From an uncultured Gammaproteobacteria bacterium (GTDB taxonomy: Bacteria > Pseudomonadota > Gammaproteobacteria > Magnimaribacterales > TMED112), in the NCBI GenBank assembly GCA_913052565.1, contig CAJXFH010000002.1:39324-103323 (forward strand): a stretch of DNA of 64,000 nucleotides, given 5' to 3'. The notes beneath the pieces are model-generated. The model did no database searches. It was not told the DNA's origin and saw only the letters and a program-made list of their open reading frames with translations. The position numbers and the translations under genes are program-made. Shown one piece after another: positions 9,802 through 19,427 of the stretch (positions are counted from its first letter, which is position 1; every line of letters begins with the position of its first letter).

Positions 9802-10746
9802 TTGTATAACCATCAGCTAAATTTTTCAAACTTACCGCCTGAGCAATTAATGTTGTTGTGTGGTGAGCTCAATAAAAATTTGAAACAGATTGAGAAAGCC
9901 CTAAAAATAAAAGTTAAGCAAAATGGTACAGAATTTAATATTACCGGGACACAGTCAGATGTTGAATTAGGTGTTACAGCTCTGTGCGATTTAAAGCAAA
10001 AATTAGAAACAAATTCTGTAATAACACCAGATATAGTTCACTTGAGTTTACATACAGCTAAATTTGCTGATGGAGATAAAAATGAAAACAATAAAGTGCA
10101 CATCAAGACACCCAGGGTGTCTGTAACAGCGCGAGGGAAAAATCAGAATGAATATTTATCACATATCAGAAATTCAGATTTAACCTTTGGAGTTGGGCCA
10201 TCTGGTACTGGTAAAACATTTCTAGCAGTTGCATGTGCAGTAGATGATTTAATTAAAGAAAAGATTAGAAAAATTGTCCTTGTTAGACCAGCTGTAGAAG
10301 CAGGTGAAAAATTGGGCTTTTTACCCGGAGACTTGAGTTCCAAAATAGATCCTTACCTGAGACCTTTATATGATGCTCTGCATGACATGCTAGGAGCGGA
10401 ACGAGTAAACCGTTTAGTAGAGAGGGATATTATTGAAATTGCACCTCTTGCTTACATGAGAGGAAGAACCCTGAGAGAGGCATTCATAATAATGGATGAA
10501 GGACAGAATACCACCATTGAACAAATGAAGATGTTCCTTACACGATTAGGTTTTGGATCTAAAGCAGTTGTAAATGGAGATTTAAGTCAAATAGACCTGC
10601 CTAAAAGCACTACATCTGGGTTAAAACATGCAATAGAAGTTTTGAAAAACGTTGAATCAATAAAATTTACTAAATTTACTGCAAGAGACGTAGTAAGACA
10701 CTCATTAGTGCAAGATATTGTAGAAGCATATGATAATTACGAATGA
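9802..10746 (+). CDS. ybeZ: PhoH-like ATPase (YbeZ)
   Basis: 314 aa with a TTG start. Walker A GPSGTGKTFLA and Walker B IIMDEGQN. Follows the miaB-ybeZ-ybeY-corC-lnt order. Confidence 0.9.
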   Translation: MYNHQLNFSNLPPEQLMLLCGELNKNLKQIEKALKIKVKQNGTEFNITGTQSDVELGVTALCDLKQKLETNSVITPDIVHLSLHTAKFADGDKNENNKVHIKTPRVSVTARGKNQNEYLSHIRNSDLTFGVGPSGTGKTFLAVACAVDDLIKEKIRKIVLVRPAVEAGEKLGFLPGDLSSKIDPYLRPLYDALHDMLGAERVNRLVERDIIEIAPLAYMRGRTLREAFIIMDEGQNTTIEQMKMFLTRLGFGSKAVVNGDLSQIDLPKSTTSGLKHAIEVLKNVESIKFTKFTARDVVRHSLVQDIVEAYDNYE

Positions 10747-11194
10747 GAAGCTAAATATAAAAATTTATAACCCACCAGATTTCGTTAAGACCTTTGAAAA
10801 AAATTTAGAAAAAATTATTCATCAATTCCAAATAGAGTTTGATGTTAAAAAGATTGATGTAGAAATAAGTTTTATAGATGAAAAAGATATTGAAAAAATT
10901 AACAAAAAATTTAGAGGAAAAGAATCAGCAACTAATGTTTTGTCTTTTCCAGACGAAGAGAATAATGAAATAAGCAATATCTGTGTTGGCGAAATGCTTA
11001 TCTGTGAAAAAGTTTTACTTCAAGAAGCGCAAGAGAGCGGGAAAAAACCTATCAATCACTTTTTGCATCTGCTAATACATTCGTTTTTGCATATTATGGG
11101 TTTTGGGCATGAGATTGAAAATGATGCTATATTAATGGAAAGAAAAGAAATTGAATTTTTATCTAAAATTGGAATATCTGACCCGTATAAATAA
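10730..11194 (+). CDS. ybeY: rRNA maturation endoribonuclease YbeY
   Basis: 154 aa. Zinc motif HLLIHSFLHIMGFGHE (H-x3-H-x5-H). Confidence 0.9.
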   Translation: MIITNEKLNIKIYNPPDFVKTFEKNLEKIIHQFQIEFDVKKIDVEISFIDEKDIEKINKKFRGKESATNVLSFPDEENNEISNICVGEMLICEKVLLQEAQESGKKPINHFLHLLIHSFLHIMGFGHEIENDAILMERKEIEFLSKIGISDPYK

Positions 11195-11988
11195 TGACTG
11201 AAGAGCCCTCGTTATCTATTTTTTCAAAATTAAAAAACTTATTTTTTGGTTCAAAGAATTTAACTAATTCAGTTAAAAATATTCAACCAGACGATGAGAG
11301 AATTGAAGAACTAATCGAGAACGTCTTAAACATACAAGACTCAATTGTTAAAGAAATAATGATCCCAAAAGTTAATATTTCATCAATAAATGAAAATAAT
11401 TCTTTGTCAGAAATATATGAGATAGTAAATAATACCAAGCACTCAAGATATCCAGTATTTGCTCAAGACGCAGAAAAAGTTGTTGGGATACTGCATGTAA
11501 AAGATCTTCTTGGAGTTGAGAATAACGGAGAGTTCTCAATTCAGGATATTTTAAGAGAAGTAAAGCATATCCCAGAGTCACAATCTGTCACTTCATTACT
11601 TGAAGATTTTAAAAAGGATCGTGTTCATTTAGCAATAGTGCTTGATGAGTACAGTACTATTGCTGGCTTAATAACAATTGAAGACATACTGGAAGAGATA
11701 GTTGGTGAAATAGAAGATGAATTCTATGAAGAAAAGAATAATGAGATCATAAAAATTAATGAAGAGGAATTTATTGTCTCTTCAACCATCGAAAAAGAAA
11801 AATTTGAAGAATTTTTTGATCATCAACTGAATTGCCCTGAAGTTGAAAGCTTGGGGGGCTTTGTATTAAAAGAAGTTGGACACTTGCCTAAAGTTGGAGA
11901 AAAAGTTTCAACAGGAAAGCTTGAACTTACAGTAACATCTGCAGACCAACGAAAAATAAAAAAAATTACCGTAAGAAAAATTGACTAA
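11194..11988 (+). CDS. corC: Mg/Co efflux protein CorC (CBS pair plus CorC_HlyC domain)
   Basis: 264 aa. CBS-domain region and DRVHLAIVLDEYSTIAGLITIEDILEEIVGEIEDE. Confidence 0.85.
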   Translation: MTEEPSLSIFSKLKNLFFGSKNLTNSVKNIQPDDERIEELIENVLNIQDSIVKEIMIPKVNISSINENNSLSEIYEIVNNTKHSRYPVFAQDAEKVVGILHVKDLLGVENNGEFSIQDILREVKHIPESQSVTSLLEDFKKDRVHLAIVLDEYSTIAGLITIEDILEEIVGEIEDEFYEEKNNEIIKINEEEFIVSSTIEKEKFEEFFDHQLNCPEVESLGGFVLKEVGHLPKVGEKVSTGKLELTVTSADQRKIKKITVRKID

Positions 11989-13198
11989 AGTATTTATTTT
12001 AGGATGGGCTTTAGCTGCAATTTTTTGGGCCTACTCAATATCTTGGATTTTTGACGCCGTAAACTACTATGGTGCAGGTACAGCTTTAAGCTTAACTATT
12101 AGTTTTTTGCTTGTTGGTTACGTTTCTATTTATTTTGGACTATTTTTGGTGGCGTTGAAATTTTTTAGAAACTCAAATTATAGGCCCTTTATATTTGCAA
12201 GCACATTTTTCATTTTAGAGTGGTTCAGATCATGGGTAATCACTGGCTTCCCTTGGCTAAATCTTGGTATGTTAAGTGAATATCTATGGGGTGCACTTCC
12301 AATGATAGGTGTTTCAGGAACATCATTTCTTATAGTATTAATTATTTCATTATTATTTGAGAACAAACACACACTTCTAAATAGAGGCGCAGCAGGATTA
12401 ATTTTAGTATTTTTATTGTTTGGCCCAGGCCACTACCAAAAAAGCGGTCAAGACACTTTAGATTTAACAATTATTCAGCCTTTAGACACTAATTTAAGTC
12501 AGATTATAAAAATGACAAATGACGCAGAATCTAACTTGGTAATTTGGCCTGAAGCTGTTGCTTCCTATGATCAAAATTTATTAGCAAAAATTAATAATAA
12601 GAATGTAATAGGCGGTTTTTTTCGTAAACAAGGAAAAGATTTCTATACCTCTGCCATCAACCTAGAAACAGGACACTATTTTGATAAAGAAAATTTAGTT
12701 CCCTTTGGAGAATTTCAGCCACTTGGTAATATGCTTAGTTCTTTTAATAAATTCTTCAATATTCCAAATTCAAATTTAAAAGTAGGAAATTCAATTCAAG
12801 ATAAAGCAGATTGGTCTGCTTTGATTTGTTGGGAGCTTGTATTCAACGACACCTTTACAAAAAGAGTTAAAGGGTCTGGTTATATTATTCACATGAGCAA
12901 TGATAAGTGGTATGGCGAAAGTATGCCAAGACAACACTTAAAACATGCAAAAGCCAGAGCAGTCGAATCCAATAAGTGGGTTGTAAGGTCTACATTAGAT
13001 GGTATTTCACAATTTATTAGCCCAAGAAGTGAAGAATCATCCGCTAAGCTTGAAAGAGGAGTTCAGGGCTCAATAACAAAAACAATTTATCTGAATTATA
13101 TAGATACTGCTTACGTCAAATATGGTGACTTGCCCTTATTAATAATATCATTCGTTTTCTTACTGATTGGATTAAAAAATAGAAGAAATGAAAAATAA
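11981..13198 (+). CDS. lnt: Apolipoprotein N-acyltransferase (short form)
   Basis: 405 aa with a TTG start. Multi-TM N-terminus, then a nitrilase-fold domain with VIWPEAV and the catalytic-Cys context ALICWELVF. Synteny places it after corC. Confidence 0.8.
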   Translation: MTKVFILGWALAAIFWAYSISWIFDAVNYYGAGTALSLTISFLLVGYVSIYFGLFLVALKFFRNSNYRPFIFASTFFILEWFRSWVITGFPWLNLGMLSEYLWGALPMIGVSGTSFLIVLIISLLFENKHTLLNRGAAGLILVFLLFGPGHYQKSGQDTLDLTIIQPLDTNLSQIIKMTNDAESNLVIWPEAVASYDQNLLAKINNKNVIGGFFRKQGKDFYTSAINLETGHYFDKENLVPFGEFQPLGNMLSSFNKFFNIPNSNLKVGNSIQDKADWSALICWELVFNDTFTKRVKGSGYIIHMSNDKWYGESMPRQHLKHAKARAVESNKWVVRSTLDGISQFISPRSEESSAKLERGVQGSITKTIYLNYIDTAYVKYGDLPLLIISFVFLLIGLKNRRNEK

Positions 13199-13715
13199 GC
13201 TTTTAATTTTAATTCTTTTAACGCAATCTTTAATGGGTATGGAAATAAGTATCTCAATTGAAAATCAAACACTATCTTTAATTGAAAATTCAAAAACTAT
13301 TAAAATCTATAAAATTTCTTCATCGAAATATGGAGAAGGGTCGGAAGCAAACTCTTTTAAAACTCCTCTTGGTTTACATGAAATAAAGGAACTAATAGGT
13401 GCTGATGAAGCACTAGGTACAAGATTCATAGGAAGAGTGCCATCAGAAATTTACCCAATATATTCATCTGAGAAAATCAAAGTGGATGATGACGTAGTTC
13501 AGTCGAGAATTATGTGGCTTGATGGTCTTGAACAAGGAATCAATAAAGGCGAAGGAATAGACTCTTATAGCCGGTATATTTACATACATGGAACCCCTGA
13601 GGAGTGGTTATTAGGCAAAAAGGGCTCGAAAGGCTGTATTAGAATGGCCAATAAGGATGTTATAGAACTCTTTGATTATGTGCAAAAAGGCACTTTAGTT
13701 AGAATTAATAAATAG
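13188..13715 (+). CDS. L,D-transpeptidase (YkuD domain) protein
   Basis: 175 aa with a signal peptide. YIYIHGTPEEWLLGKKGSKGCIRMANKDV carries the YkuD His...Gly-Cys-Ile-Arg catalytic motif. Confidence 0.8.
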   Translation: MKNKLLILILLTQSLMGMEISISIENQTLSLIENSKTIKIYKISSSKYGEGSEANSFKTPLGLHEIKELIGADEALGTRFIGRVPSEIYPIYSSEKIKVDDDVVQSRIMWLDGLEQGINKGEGIDSYSRYIYIHGTPEEWLLGKKGSKGCIRMANKDVIELFDYVQKGTLVRINK

Positions 13716-13795
13716 CAATTATCTTTTAAAATAACCATTATTTATTCATAAAAAGTATTGATATTATAAAATAAATATTTATTATATATCTTTTA

Positions 13796-13848
13796 GTCAG
13801 TCTCTCCTCTCCCCCACGACTGACAAGCTAGGGGCTTCGGCCCCAAGC
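13796..13848 (+). promoter_or_regulatory. Two-hairpin structured leader or small RNA candidate
   Basis: Hairpin 1: GUCAGUC (13796-13802) pairs with GACUGAC (13818-13824) around the 15-nt pyrimidine loop UCUCCUCUCCCCCAC. Hairpin 2: GGGGC-UUCG-GCCCC (13831-13844), extended by GCU/AGC. A purine tract AAGAGAAA and an ATG follow. Confidence 0.35.
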
Positions 13849-13862
13849 ATTTAAGAGAAATT

Positions 13863-13946
13863 ATGGATAAATTTGCAGACAACATAGAACTAGTAATACT
13901 TTTCACAATATTTGCAGTATTGTTGTTAGGAATTTCCAGTGTCTAG
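13863..13946 (+). CDS. 27-aa hydrophobic mini-protein (candidate small membrane protein)
   Basis: ATG...TAG encodes MDKFADNIELVILFTIFAVLLLGISSV, a single TM-like helix. Purine-rich AAGAGAAA lies 3 nt upstream of the ATG. Ends 18 nt before the gpx start. Too short for the ORF track. Confidence 0.35.
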   Translation: MDKFADNIELVILFTIFAVLLLGISSV

Positions 13947-13964
13947 CTGTTAAAATCACACCCT

Positions 13965-14498
13965 ATGTTTAAAAAAGCCCTTATCACATTAGTTGCTTTC
14001 ATTAGTTTTGAGGCATTAAGTTGTAGCGATCTATTAAATACAGACGTCAAGGTACTTAATGAGAAAGAGTATAGAAACTTATGCGAATATAAGGACAAAA
14101 CAATACTTGTCGTAAATACAGCAAGTAAATGTGGCTTCACATATCAATATGAGCAATTAGAATCACTCCAAAGAAGATTTAAGGATCAAGGCTTTGTTGT
14201 GCTTGGATTCCCATCTAGAAATTTTATGGGTCAAGAATACAGTGATGAGGCTAAAGTAAGCGAGTTTTGTAAAGCAAAATTTGATGTAACTTTTCCATTG
14301 TTTTCAATAGCAAATGTTAGTGCTACAACAAAACACCCATTTTTTAAAAAACTATTCAAGAAGACATATGCCAGACCAGCATGGAACTTTCATAAATATT
14401 TAATTACACCGAATGGAGAAATAAAAAGCTTTTCTCATAGAATGGATCCAGAAGATCCAGAAATCCTTGCTGCAATTCAAGATTCAATTAATCTATAA
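13965..14498 (+). CDS. Glutathione peroxidase (Cys-type, with signal peptide)
   Basis: 177 aa. VVNTASKCGFTYQYEQLESL, LGFPSRNFMGQE and WNFHKYLI. The active site is Cys, not Sec. Confidence 0.9.
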   Translation: MFKKALITLVAFISFEALSCSDLLNTDVKVLNEKEYRNLCEYKDKTILVVNTASKCGFTYQYEQLESLQRRFKDQGFVVLGFPSRNFMGQEYSDEAKVSEFCKAKFDVTFPLFSIANVSATTKHPFFKKLFKKTYARPAWNFHKYLITPNGEIKSFSHRMDPEDPEILAAIQDSINL

Positions 14499-15136
14499 CC
14501 ACTATCTTGCCCAACAATTACTATGTTTGGCCTGTCAACGGCAAATATACCCACGTCAATAACACCTTTAATGCTTAGTATATCGGCTTCTAGCGCATCA
14601 GGATTATTAATAACTAAGTGATGTAAGTCGATAATAGTATTATTAAGATCGCTTTTATATTCTCTAACTGTGATTTTATTTGTTAGGTTTTTAAGACTTT
14701 CTATAATTTGTGTTTTGTGGCTATCTTGTATTTCAATAGGCAAAGGAAATTCTCCTAGATCAGAAACGATTTTTGTTTCGTCAACAATGCAAATAAATTT
14801 CTTAGCCTTTTTAGCTATTCTTTTTTCACTAGTGTGTGCTCCACCCCCACCCTTAATAAGTGCTAGTGTTTTATCTACTTCATCTGCGCCATCAATATAG
14901 AAATCTACAATAGAATCTTCACCTAGCTCTTTAACCACAAAACCCAATTCATTCAAAAGATTGGTCGTTCTAATTGAGCTTGAATAAATATCTGATAATG
15001 AATTTTTTATATTTGGTAAGAACTCTTTAGTAAAAAAGTCTGTTGTGCTTCCTGTTCCAATGCCAATATTAAAGGGGCCAGGAACATTTGATAATATTTC
15101 AAAAGCTCCCAAAGCAGAATTATATTTCTGATTCAT
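14477..15136 (-). CDS. rpiA: Ribose-5-phosphate isomerase A
   Basis: 219 aa. GIGTGST, YIDGADEVD and KGGGGAHTSEK. Confidence 0.9.
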   Translation of the reverse strand: MNQKYNSALGAFEILSNVPGPFNIGIGTGSTTDFFTKEFLPNIKNSLSDIYSSSIRTTNLLNELGFVVKELGEDSIVDFYIDGADEVDKTLALIKGGGGAHTSEKRIAKKAKKFICIVDETKIVSDLGEFPLPIEIQDSHKTQIIESLKNLTNKITVREYKSDLNNTIIDLHHLVINNPDALEADILSIKGVIDVGIFAVDRPNIVIVGQDSGYRLIES

Positions 15137-15674
15137 AAATTTGGCTGTCTGTTACAATCTTATCTAATCTTACATCAAAGTCTTCTTGAAAATTATCTTC
15201 TATTAGCTGAAATTCATATCCTATTCCAATTAGGCTTGGTCGATTCTGTTTTTTTGTAAGTTTAAAGAAAGTTTTATCATAAAACCCCTTTCCAAAACCA
15301 ATTCGAAAAAGCGCTACATTAAAAGCTAGCAGGGGAATAAGAATAATATCAAGATTTCCAGTATTTATTTTTTTTGAGTCTCTTGGCTCATTAATGCCAA
15401 ATCTATTTTTTATATAAACACCATTATCTTCGTAAAAATTAAGATGATCATTTGTAATTTTTGGTAAGAAATATTTTTTATTTATATCTATATGAATATG
15501 AGGTTCGTTTTTAAAAGACTGATAGCATCCAATAGTTTTAGCTTCGTGGTATTCACTAACTAATCGAAGGTTATGATTTATTTTTTTTGATAGCTCTAAT
15601 ACCTGACCAATATCTAAGCTTTCACGTTTTTTAAGTAGATCTGATCTATAAAATAATTTAGACATCTGAATCAT
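15120..15674 (-). CDS. ygfA: 5-formyltetrahydrofolate cyclo-ligase
   Basis: 184 aa. GFGKGFYDK motif and the zapA-ssrS-ygfA synteny. An alternative start (MSKLF) lies at 15665. Both candidate starts fall inside the 3' stem of the 6S RNA. Confidence 0.85.
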   Translation of the reverse strand: MIQMSKLFYRSDLLKKRESLDIGQVLELSKKINHNLRLVSEYHEAKTIGCYQSFKNEPHIHIDINKKYFLPKITNDHLNFYEDNGVYIKNRFGINEPRDSKKINTGNLDIILIPLLAFNVALFRIGFGKGFYDKTFFKLTKKQNRPSLIGIGYEFQLIEDNFQEDFDVRLDKIVTDSQIYESEI

Positions 15675-15830
15675 TGTTTCCAGTCACCCTGAACCCAAAG
15701 GTCAGGTGGGCAACTCTTTTACCTAGTAAGGCCTCCTTGTTTAAGTAACGCACAGCTAAATAAAATCTGTTTCCCTTAATTTACATTATCGGTTCTAGAG
15801 TAAATTCCGAAAACCGATGATTCAGACAAT
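15661..15830 (-). ncRNA. ssrS: 6S RNA
   Basis: The minus-strand RNA has a long closing stem: 5' CUGAAUCAU (15825-15817) pairs with 3' AUGAUUCAG (15674-15666). A 3' segment CCUUUGGGUUCAGGGU resembles E. coli 6S CCAAGGGUUCAAGGGU. Sits between zapA and ygfA as in E. coli. Ends are approximate. Confidence 0.8.
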
Positions 15831-15863
15831 TTAAATATATAACTATTTTCGATATTTTTGGAG

Positions 15864-16148
15864 TTATTGGTTAAGAAATATTTCTATTTTATTTATTAGA
15901 TCAGCAATATCCTGTGAAGATTCATTACTATCCTCTTCTGTCTTAGTTTTCAGTTTCTCATTCTCTATTGCTAATTGAAGAGCAGAATAAACGATAGCAT
16001 CATCAAGTTGTTCATTTGTGTGATCAATTTGTTCGATCAGGCCCAGTATTTTTTTCTCTGCTTTTTTAAAAGGCACATAATCACTGTAAGGAATCATAAA
16101 AGAAAATTTCCTGTCATTTAAGAACAGCTCAACTCTTTGTTCATTCAT
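15864..16148 (-). CDS. zapA: Cell division protein ZapA
   Basis: 94 aa with a coiled-coil C-terminus. Conserved position immediately upstream of ssrS-ygfA. Confidence 0.75.
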   Translation of the reverse strand: MNEQRVELFLNDRKFSFMIPYSDYVPFKKAEKKILGLIEQIDHTNEQLDDAIVYSALQLAIENEKLKTKTEEDSNESSQDIADLINKIEIFLNQ

Positions 16149-16882
16149 CCCAGTGATTTCCCTCCATCCACATTAATATTTCTACCAGTCATATAAGTGT
16201 TCTTATTAATAAGATAATCAATTATTGAGACTATATCTTTTTCACATCCAATCCGTTTCATAGGTATGCTTTCAATTATTTTATTTTTTTTCTCATCCGA
16301 TGGTTCATTTACATCCCATAAAATAGCTCCCGGACCAACTGAATTTACTAAAACATTTGGAGCTAACTCTTTCGCTAATGATTTTGTAAAGTTAAGTAGG
16401 CCAGCTTTTGCAGCAGTATAAATTGAATACTCTTTAAGCCCTTGTTCTGCATGTATATCAGTTAAGTTAACTATATGGCCATTATTTTTTACAAGTTCTT
16501 CTGAACATATTTTGGAAATAAATATCGGCTGATATAAATTAGAAGATGTGAGTTTAGTCCAATCTTCGTCAGTGCTTTCTGACAATTTTTTTGGATAAAA
16601 AGTAGATGCATTATTGATAAGGGCCTTCAGTCCATTAATCTTCTCTTCAAGTTTTTTATAGAACTCTGCTGAAGAATTTTTATCATCAAAGTCAGCTTGC
16701 AAGGTTTCACATGAATTTGCTCTGATGGAATTGAGATGCTTGCTTATTTCGTCAGCCGAAGCCTTAGATGATCTGTATTGAAAAATTATGTCCCAACCCT
16801 GTTCATGAAAGTGATTAACTAAAGCCTTACCAATTCTTTGAGCACCGCCTGTAATGAGTATTTTTCTATTCATGGTTTTCAA
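16145..16882 (-). CDS. Short-chain dehydrogenase/reductase, pteridine reductase / FolM-like
   Basis: 245 aa. [14 protein letters not shown] cofactor motif, NNAS and YTAAKAGL (YxxxK). The specific substrate is not determinable from sequence. Confidence 0.7.
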   Translation of the reverse strand: MKTMNRKILITGGAQRIGKALVNHFHEQGWDIIFQYRSSKASADEISKHLNSIRANSCETLQADFDDKNSSAEFYKKLEEKINGLKALINNASTFYPKKLSESTDEDWTKLTSSNLYQPIFISKICSEELVKNNGHIVNLTDIHAEQGLKEYSIYTAAKAGLLNFTKSLAKELAPNVLVNSVGPGAILWDVNEPSDEKKNKIIESIPMKRIGCEKDIVSIIDYLINKNTYMTGRNINVDGGKSLG

Positions 16883-17867
16883 TAATAGTTTTTAGTTTAT
16901 TTATTTTAACAGTTTCAATATTTTCAGAAATTTGTTCTGCAAGTGCTCCAAAATTTAATTGTGTATATTCATTTATTATAGATGAACAATAATTTTTGAT
17001 TTCCGGGAAAAAAACCAATATCTCAGAAACAAATTTATTGTTATTTTGAGAAAAATTTTTAAAAAATTTAAGCTTATAATTAATATCCTCATTTATATCA
17101 AATTCTGAAAATTGCTTCCAAAAAACAAGTCTTTTTGCAATTGACTCTGAGCTATTAAGTTTTTCTCCAAATTTAAAATTATTTAATTCTGATATTTGAC
17201 ACCATGCAATTTCTAGATTTTGGTCGAGCTCCTCTGGTAGAGCTTTTAAAGTATCAAACCATGGGCTACTTAAACCATGCTCGATAATAACTGTTAGATA
17301 TCGAATTAGATTGTATTTGCTAGCTTTTATTGTTTCTTCCCAAACTCTTTCACGCGACAAATCTTTTAATTCATCTCCATCAGATATTTTTTTCAATGCC
17401 TTTTTAGTATCATCATGAATTTTAAAGTCATCGAGTTGTGCAGAGAATCTTGCTATTCTTAATGCTCTTAAAGGATCTTCATAGAAAGCATCTGAAACGT
17501 GTTTCAAAGTTTTATTTTTTAGATCAGCTTGACCGTTAAATGGATCTATTATTTTCCCATCTTCGTCTTCAGCTATTGCATTAATTGTTAAATCTCTTCG
17601 CATTAGGTCTTCTTCAAGCGTTATATCCGGTGTAAATAAAAAATCAAAGCCTTTGTACCCTTTTCCAGATTTCCTTTCAGTTCTAGCAAGTGCGTATTCT
17701 TCGTTTGTGATTGGGTGCAAAAAAACAGGAAAATTCTTTCCAACTTTCTTAAAACCTTTAGACAACATTTCTTCGACTGTTGAACCAATTACAACCCAGT
17801 CCTTATCCTTGCTATCAATCCCTAGCAATGAGTCTCTAACAGCACCACCAACTTTATAAATTTTCAT
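16866..17867 (-). CDS. cca: tRNA CCA-adding nucleotidyltransferase (short form, apparently without the HD domain)
   Basis: 333 aa. [22 protein letters not shown] and [12 protein letters not shown] are class II nucleotidyltransferase motifs. I saw no C-terminal HD phosphohydrolase motif. Confidence 0.9.
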   Translation of the reverse strand: MKIYKVGGAVRDSLLGIDSKDKDWVVIGSTVEEMLSKGFKKVGKNFPVFLHPITNEEYALARTERKSGKGYKGFDFLFTPDITLEEDLMRRDLTINAIAEDEDGKIIDPFNGQADLKNKTLKHVSDAFYEDPLRALRIARFSAQLDDFKIHDDTKKALKKISDGDELKDLSRERVWEETIKASKYNLIRYLTVIIEHGLSSPWFDTLKALPEELDQNLEIAWCQISELNNFKFGEKLNSSESIAKRLVFWKQFSEFDINEDINYKLKFFKNFSQNNNKFVSEILVFFPEIKNYCSSIINEYTQLNFGALAEQISENIETVKINKLKTIIENHE

Positions 17868-18697
17868 TTAACCGAGTCTACAGTAATTATTGACTTATCA
17901 TCTATATTAATTGCAGCCAATGACCCTCCCCAAACACATCCAAGATCAATTCCTTTAATTCTATTATGATTAGTTACTCCATTGAGTGCTGCCCAATGGC
18001 CAAAAATTATATTTTCTATGTCTTTTAAGCATCTATGCTCAAATGCAAACCATGGCTTAAATTTTTTTGAACCAGATTTTTTTAATTTTGTTTGAAGATC
18101 AAGTTTGTTTTTATCAGATATAAATCTCATGCGAGTGAATACATTTACAAGGTATCTTCTTCTATTTTTTTTGTTTGTTGATTTCGATATAGCCTTACTT
18201 CTGTCACTATACATGGTTGAAAAAAATTCTTCTGGGTCTTTCCTGAGATCATGCATGAGTTCATCATTTGATGCTTGAATGTCTATATCACTCCATGAAG
18301 GAAGAACACCAGCATGTACTACTAAGGTTTTTTTATTTTTGTATGACATAAGCTTTGCAAAAGAAAAGCCGAGGAAATGTTCTATGATCTCAATTTGTTT
18401 ATTTTTACTTATTACTTTTTTTAGGGTGTCCTTTTTTCCATGCTTTCTCTGTCCAAGTAATATCGCCATAAGATGTAAGTCATGATTGCCATAAACACTC
18501 TGTATATTATTTTCTAAGACATAGTCGATCATTTTCTCTGACTCAGGCCCTCTATTTACTAGGTCTCCAACACAAAAGATTTTATTTTCTTTATTTGGAT
18601 CAATAAGTTTTATAAGATTTCTAAATTCTTTATAGCAGCCCTGAATATCGCCAATTACGAATTTAGATTTCGTTTTCATAATATTTAAGTATTTCAA
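17864..18697 (-). CDS. apaH: Bis(5'-nucleosyl)-tetraphosphatase, symmetrical
   Basis: 277 aa. Metallophosphatase motifs [18 protein letters not shown] and GHWA. An alternative start (MKTKSKF) lies at 18679. Confidence 0.9.
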   Translation of the reverse strand: MKYLNIMKTKSKFVIGDIQGCYKEFRNLIKLIDPNKENKIFCVGDLVNRGPESEKMIDYVLENNIQSVYGNHDLHLMAILLGQRKHGKKDTLKKVISKNKQIEIIEHFLGFSFAKLMSYKNKKTLVVHAGVLPSWSDIDIQASNDELMHDLRKDPEEFFSTMYSDRSKAISKSTNKKNRRRYLVNVFTRMRFISDKNKLDLQTKLKKSGSKKFKPWFAFEHRCLKDIENIIFGHWAALNGVTNHNRIKGIDLGCVWGGSLAAINIDDKSIITVDSVK

Positions 18698-19427
18698 AAT
18701 AATGATTTATCTCAAGATCTTCAGCTCTTGAGGTTTCATCAAACGAATAAACTTTCTCATCCAAGTTCATTTGCTTAAGAGCGTGTTTAATCTGCTTTCT
18801 TGGATTTTGAAAACATCTAGATAATATTTTTTTAAAGCTAGGATAAGAGTTATAAAATTCTTCATACTTTTTGTTTGGAGTTATCTTTATAAGTGTTGAA
18901 AAAACTTTCGGTTCTGGATCAAATGCTCCAGGAGGAATATCAAACAACTTTTCAATTTCTGTGAAAATTTTGCTCTGTATTGATATTTTTGTAGATTTAT
19001 TTTCAGGCACAAATCTATTAGCCAGCTCTTTTTGAATTAAGAAAATACAACTTTCAAAATTAATATTAGATTCGATTATTTTTAGAATAATTTGTGAGGA
19101 AACATTGTAAGGAAGGTTTCCTACTATTATTGGGTTTAAAAATTTTAGTTCTTTCAAGTTGACACTAAGAAAGTCAGCGCATTTAACTTGGAAAGCTTTT
19201 TTTTCAAAATCTTTTGTGAGTTTTGTAGCAAATCTTTCATCTATTTCAAAAGCCAAAGTATCTTTTGCTTGTTCAACGATTAATTTTGTTAAAGCACCAT
19301 CACCAGGGCCAATTTCTATGACTTCAGACTTACTGTTGATACCAGAACTTTTATATATTTTTTCTAAAAAAACAGCATCTTGTAAAAAATTTTGTCCTAA
19401 AGATTTTTTAAGTTTCATTTGATGCAA
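18663..19427 (-). CDS. rsmA: 16S rRNA (adenine1518/1519-N6)-dimethyltransferase
   Basis: 254 aa. LGQNFL, VIEIGPGDGALT and GNLPYNVS. Confidence 0.9.
   Translation of the reverse strand: MHQMKLKKSLGQNFLQDAVFLEKIYKSSGINSKSEVIEIGPGDGALTKLIVEQAKDTLAFEIDERFATKLTKDFEKKAFQVKCADFLSVNLKELKFLNPIIVGNLPYNVSSQIILKIIESNINFESCIFLIQKELANRFVPENKSTKISIQSKIFTEIEKLFDIPPGAFDPEPKVFSTLIKITPNKKYEEFYNSYPSFKKILSRCFQNPRKQIKHALKQMNLDEKVYSFDETSRAEDLEINHYFEILKYYENEI

Noticed and set aside
13831-13850. The GGGGC-UUCG-GCCCC hairpin read as a simple terminator of the upstream L,D-transpeptidase gene.
   Set aside because: It lies more than 110 nt past that stop codon and is followed by AUUUAAGAG rather than a U-run. It sits directly in front of a ribosome-binding-like tract and mini-ORF. 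I kept it as a leader candidate instead, although a terminator role is not excluded.
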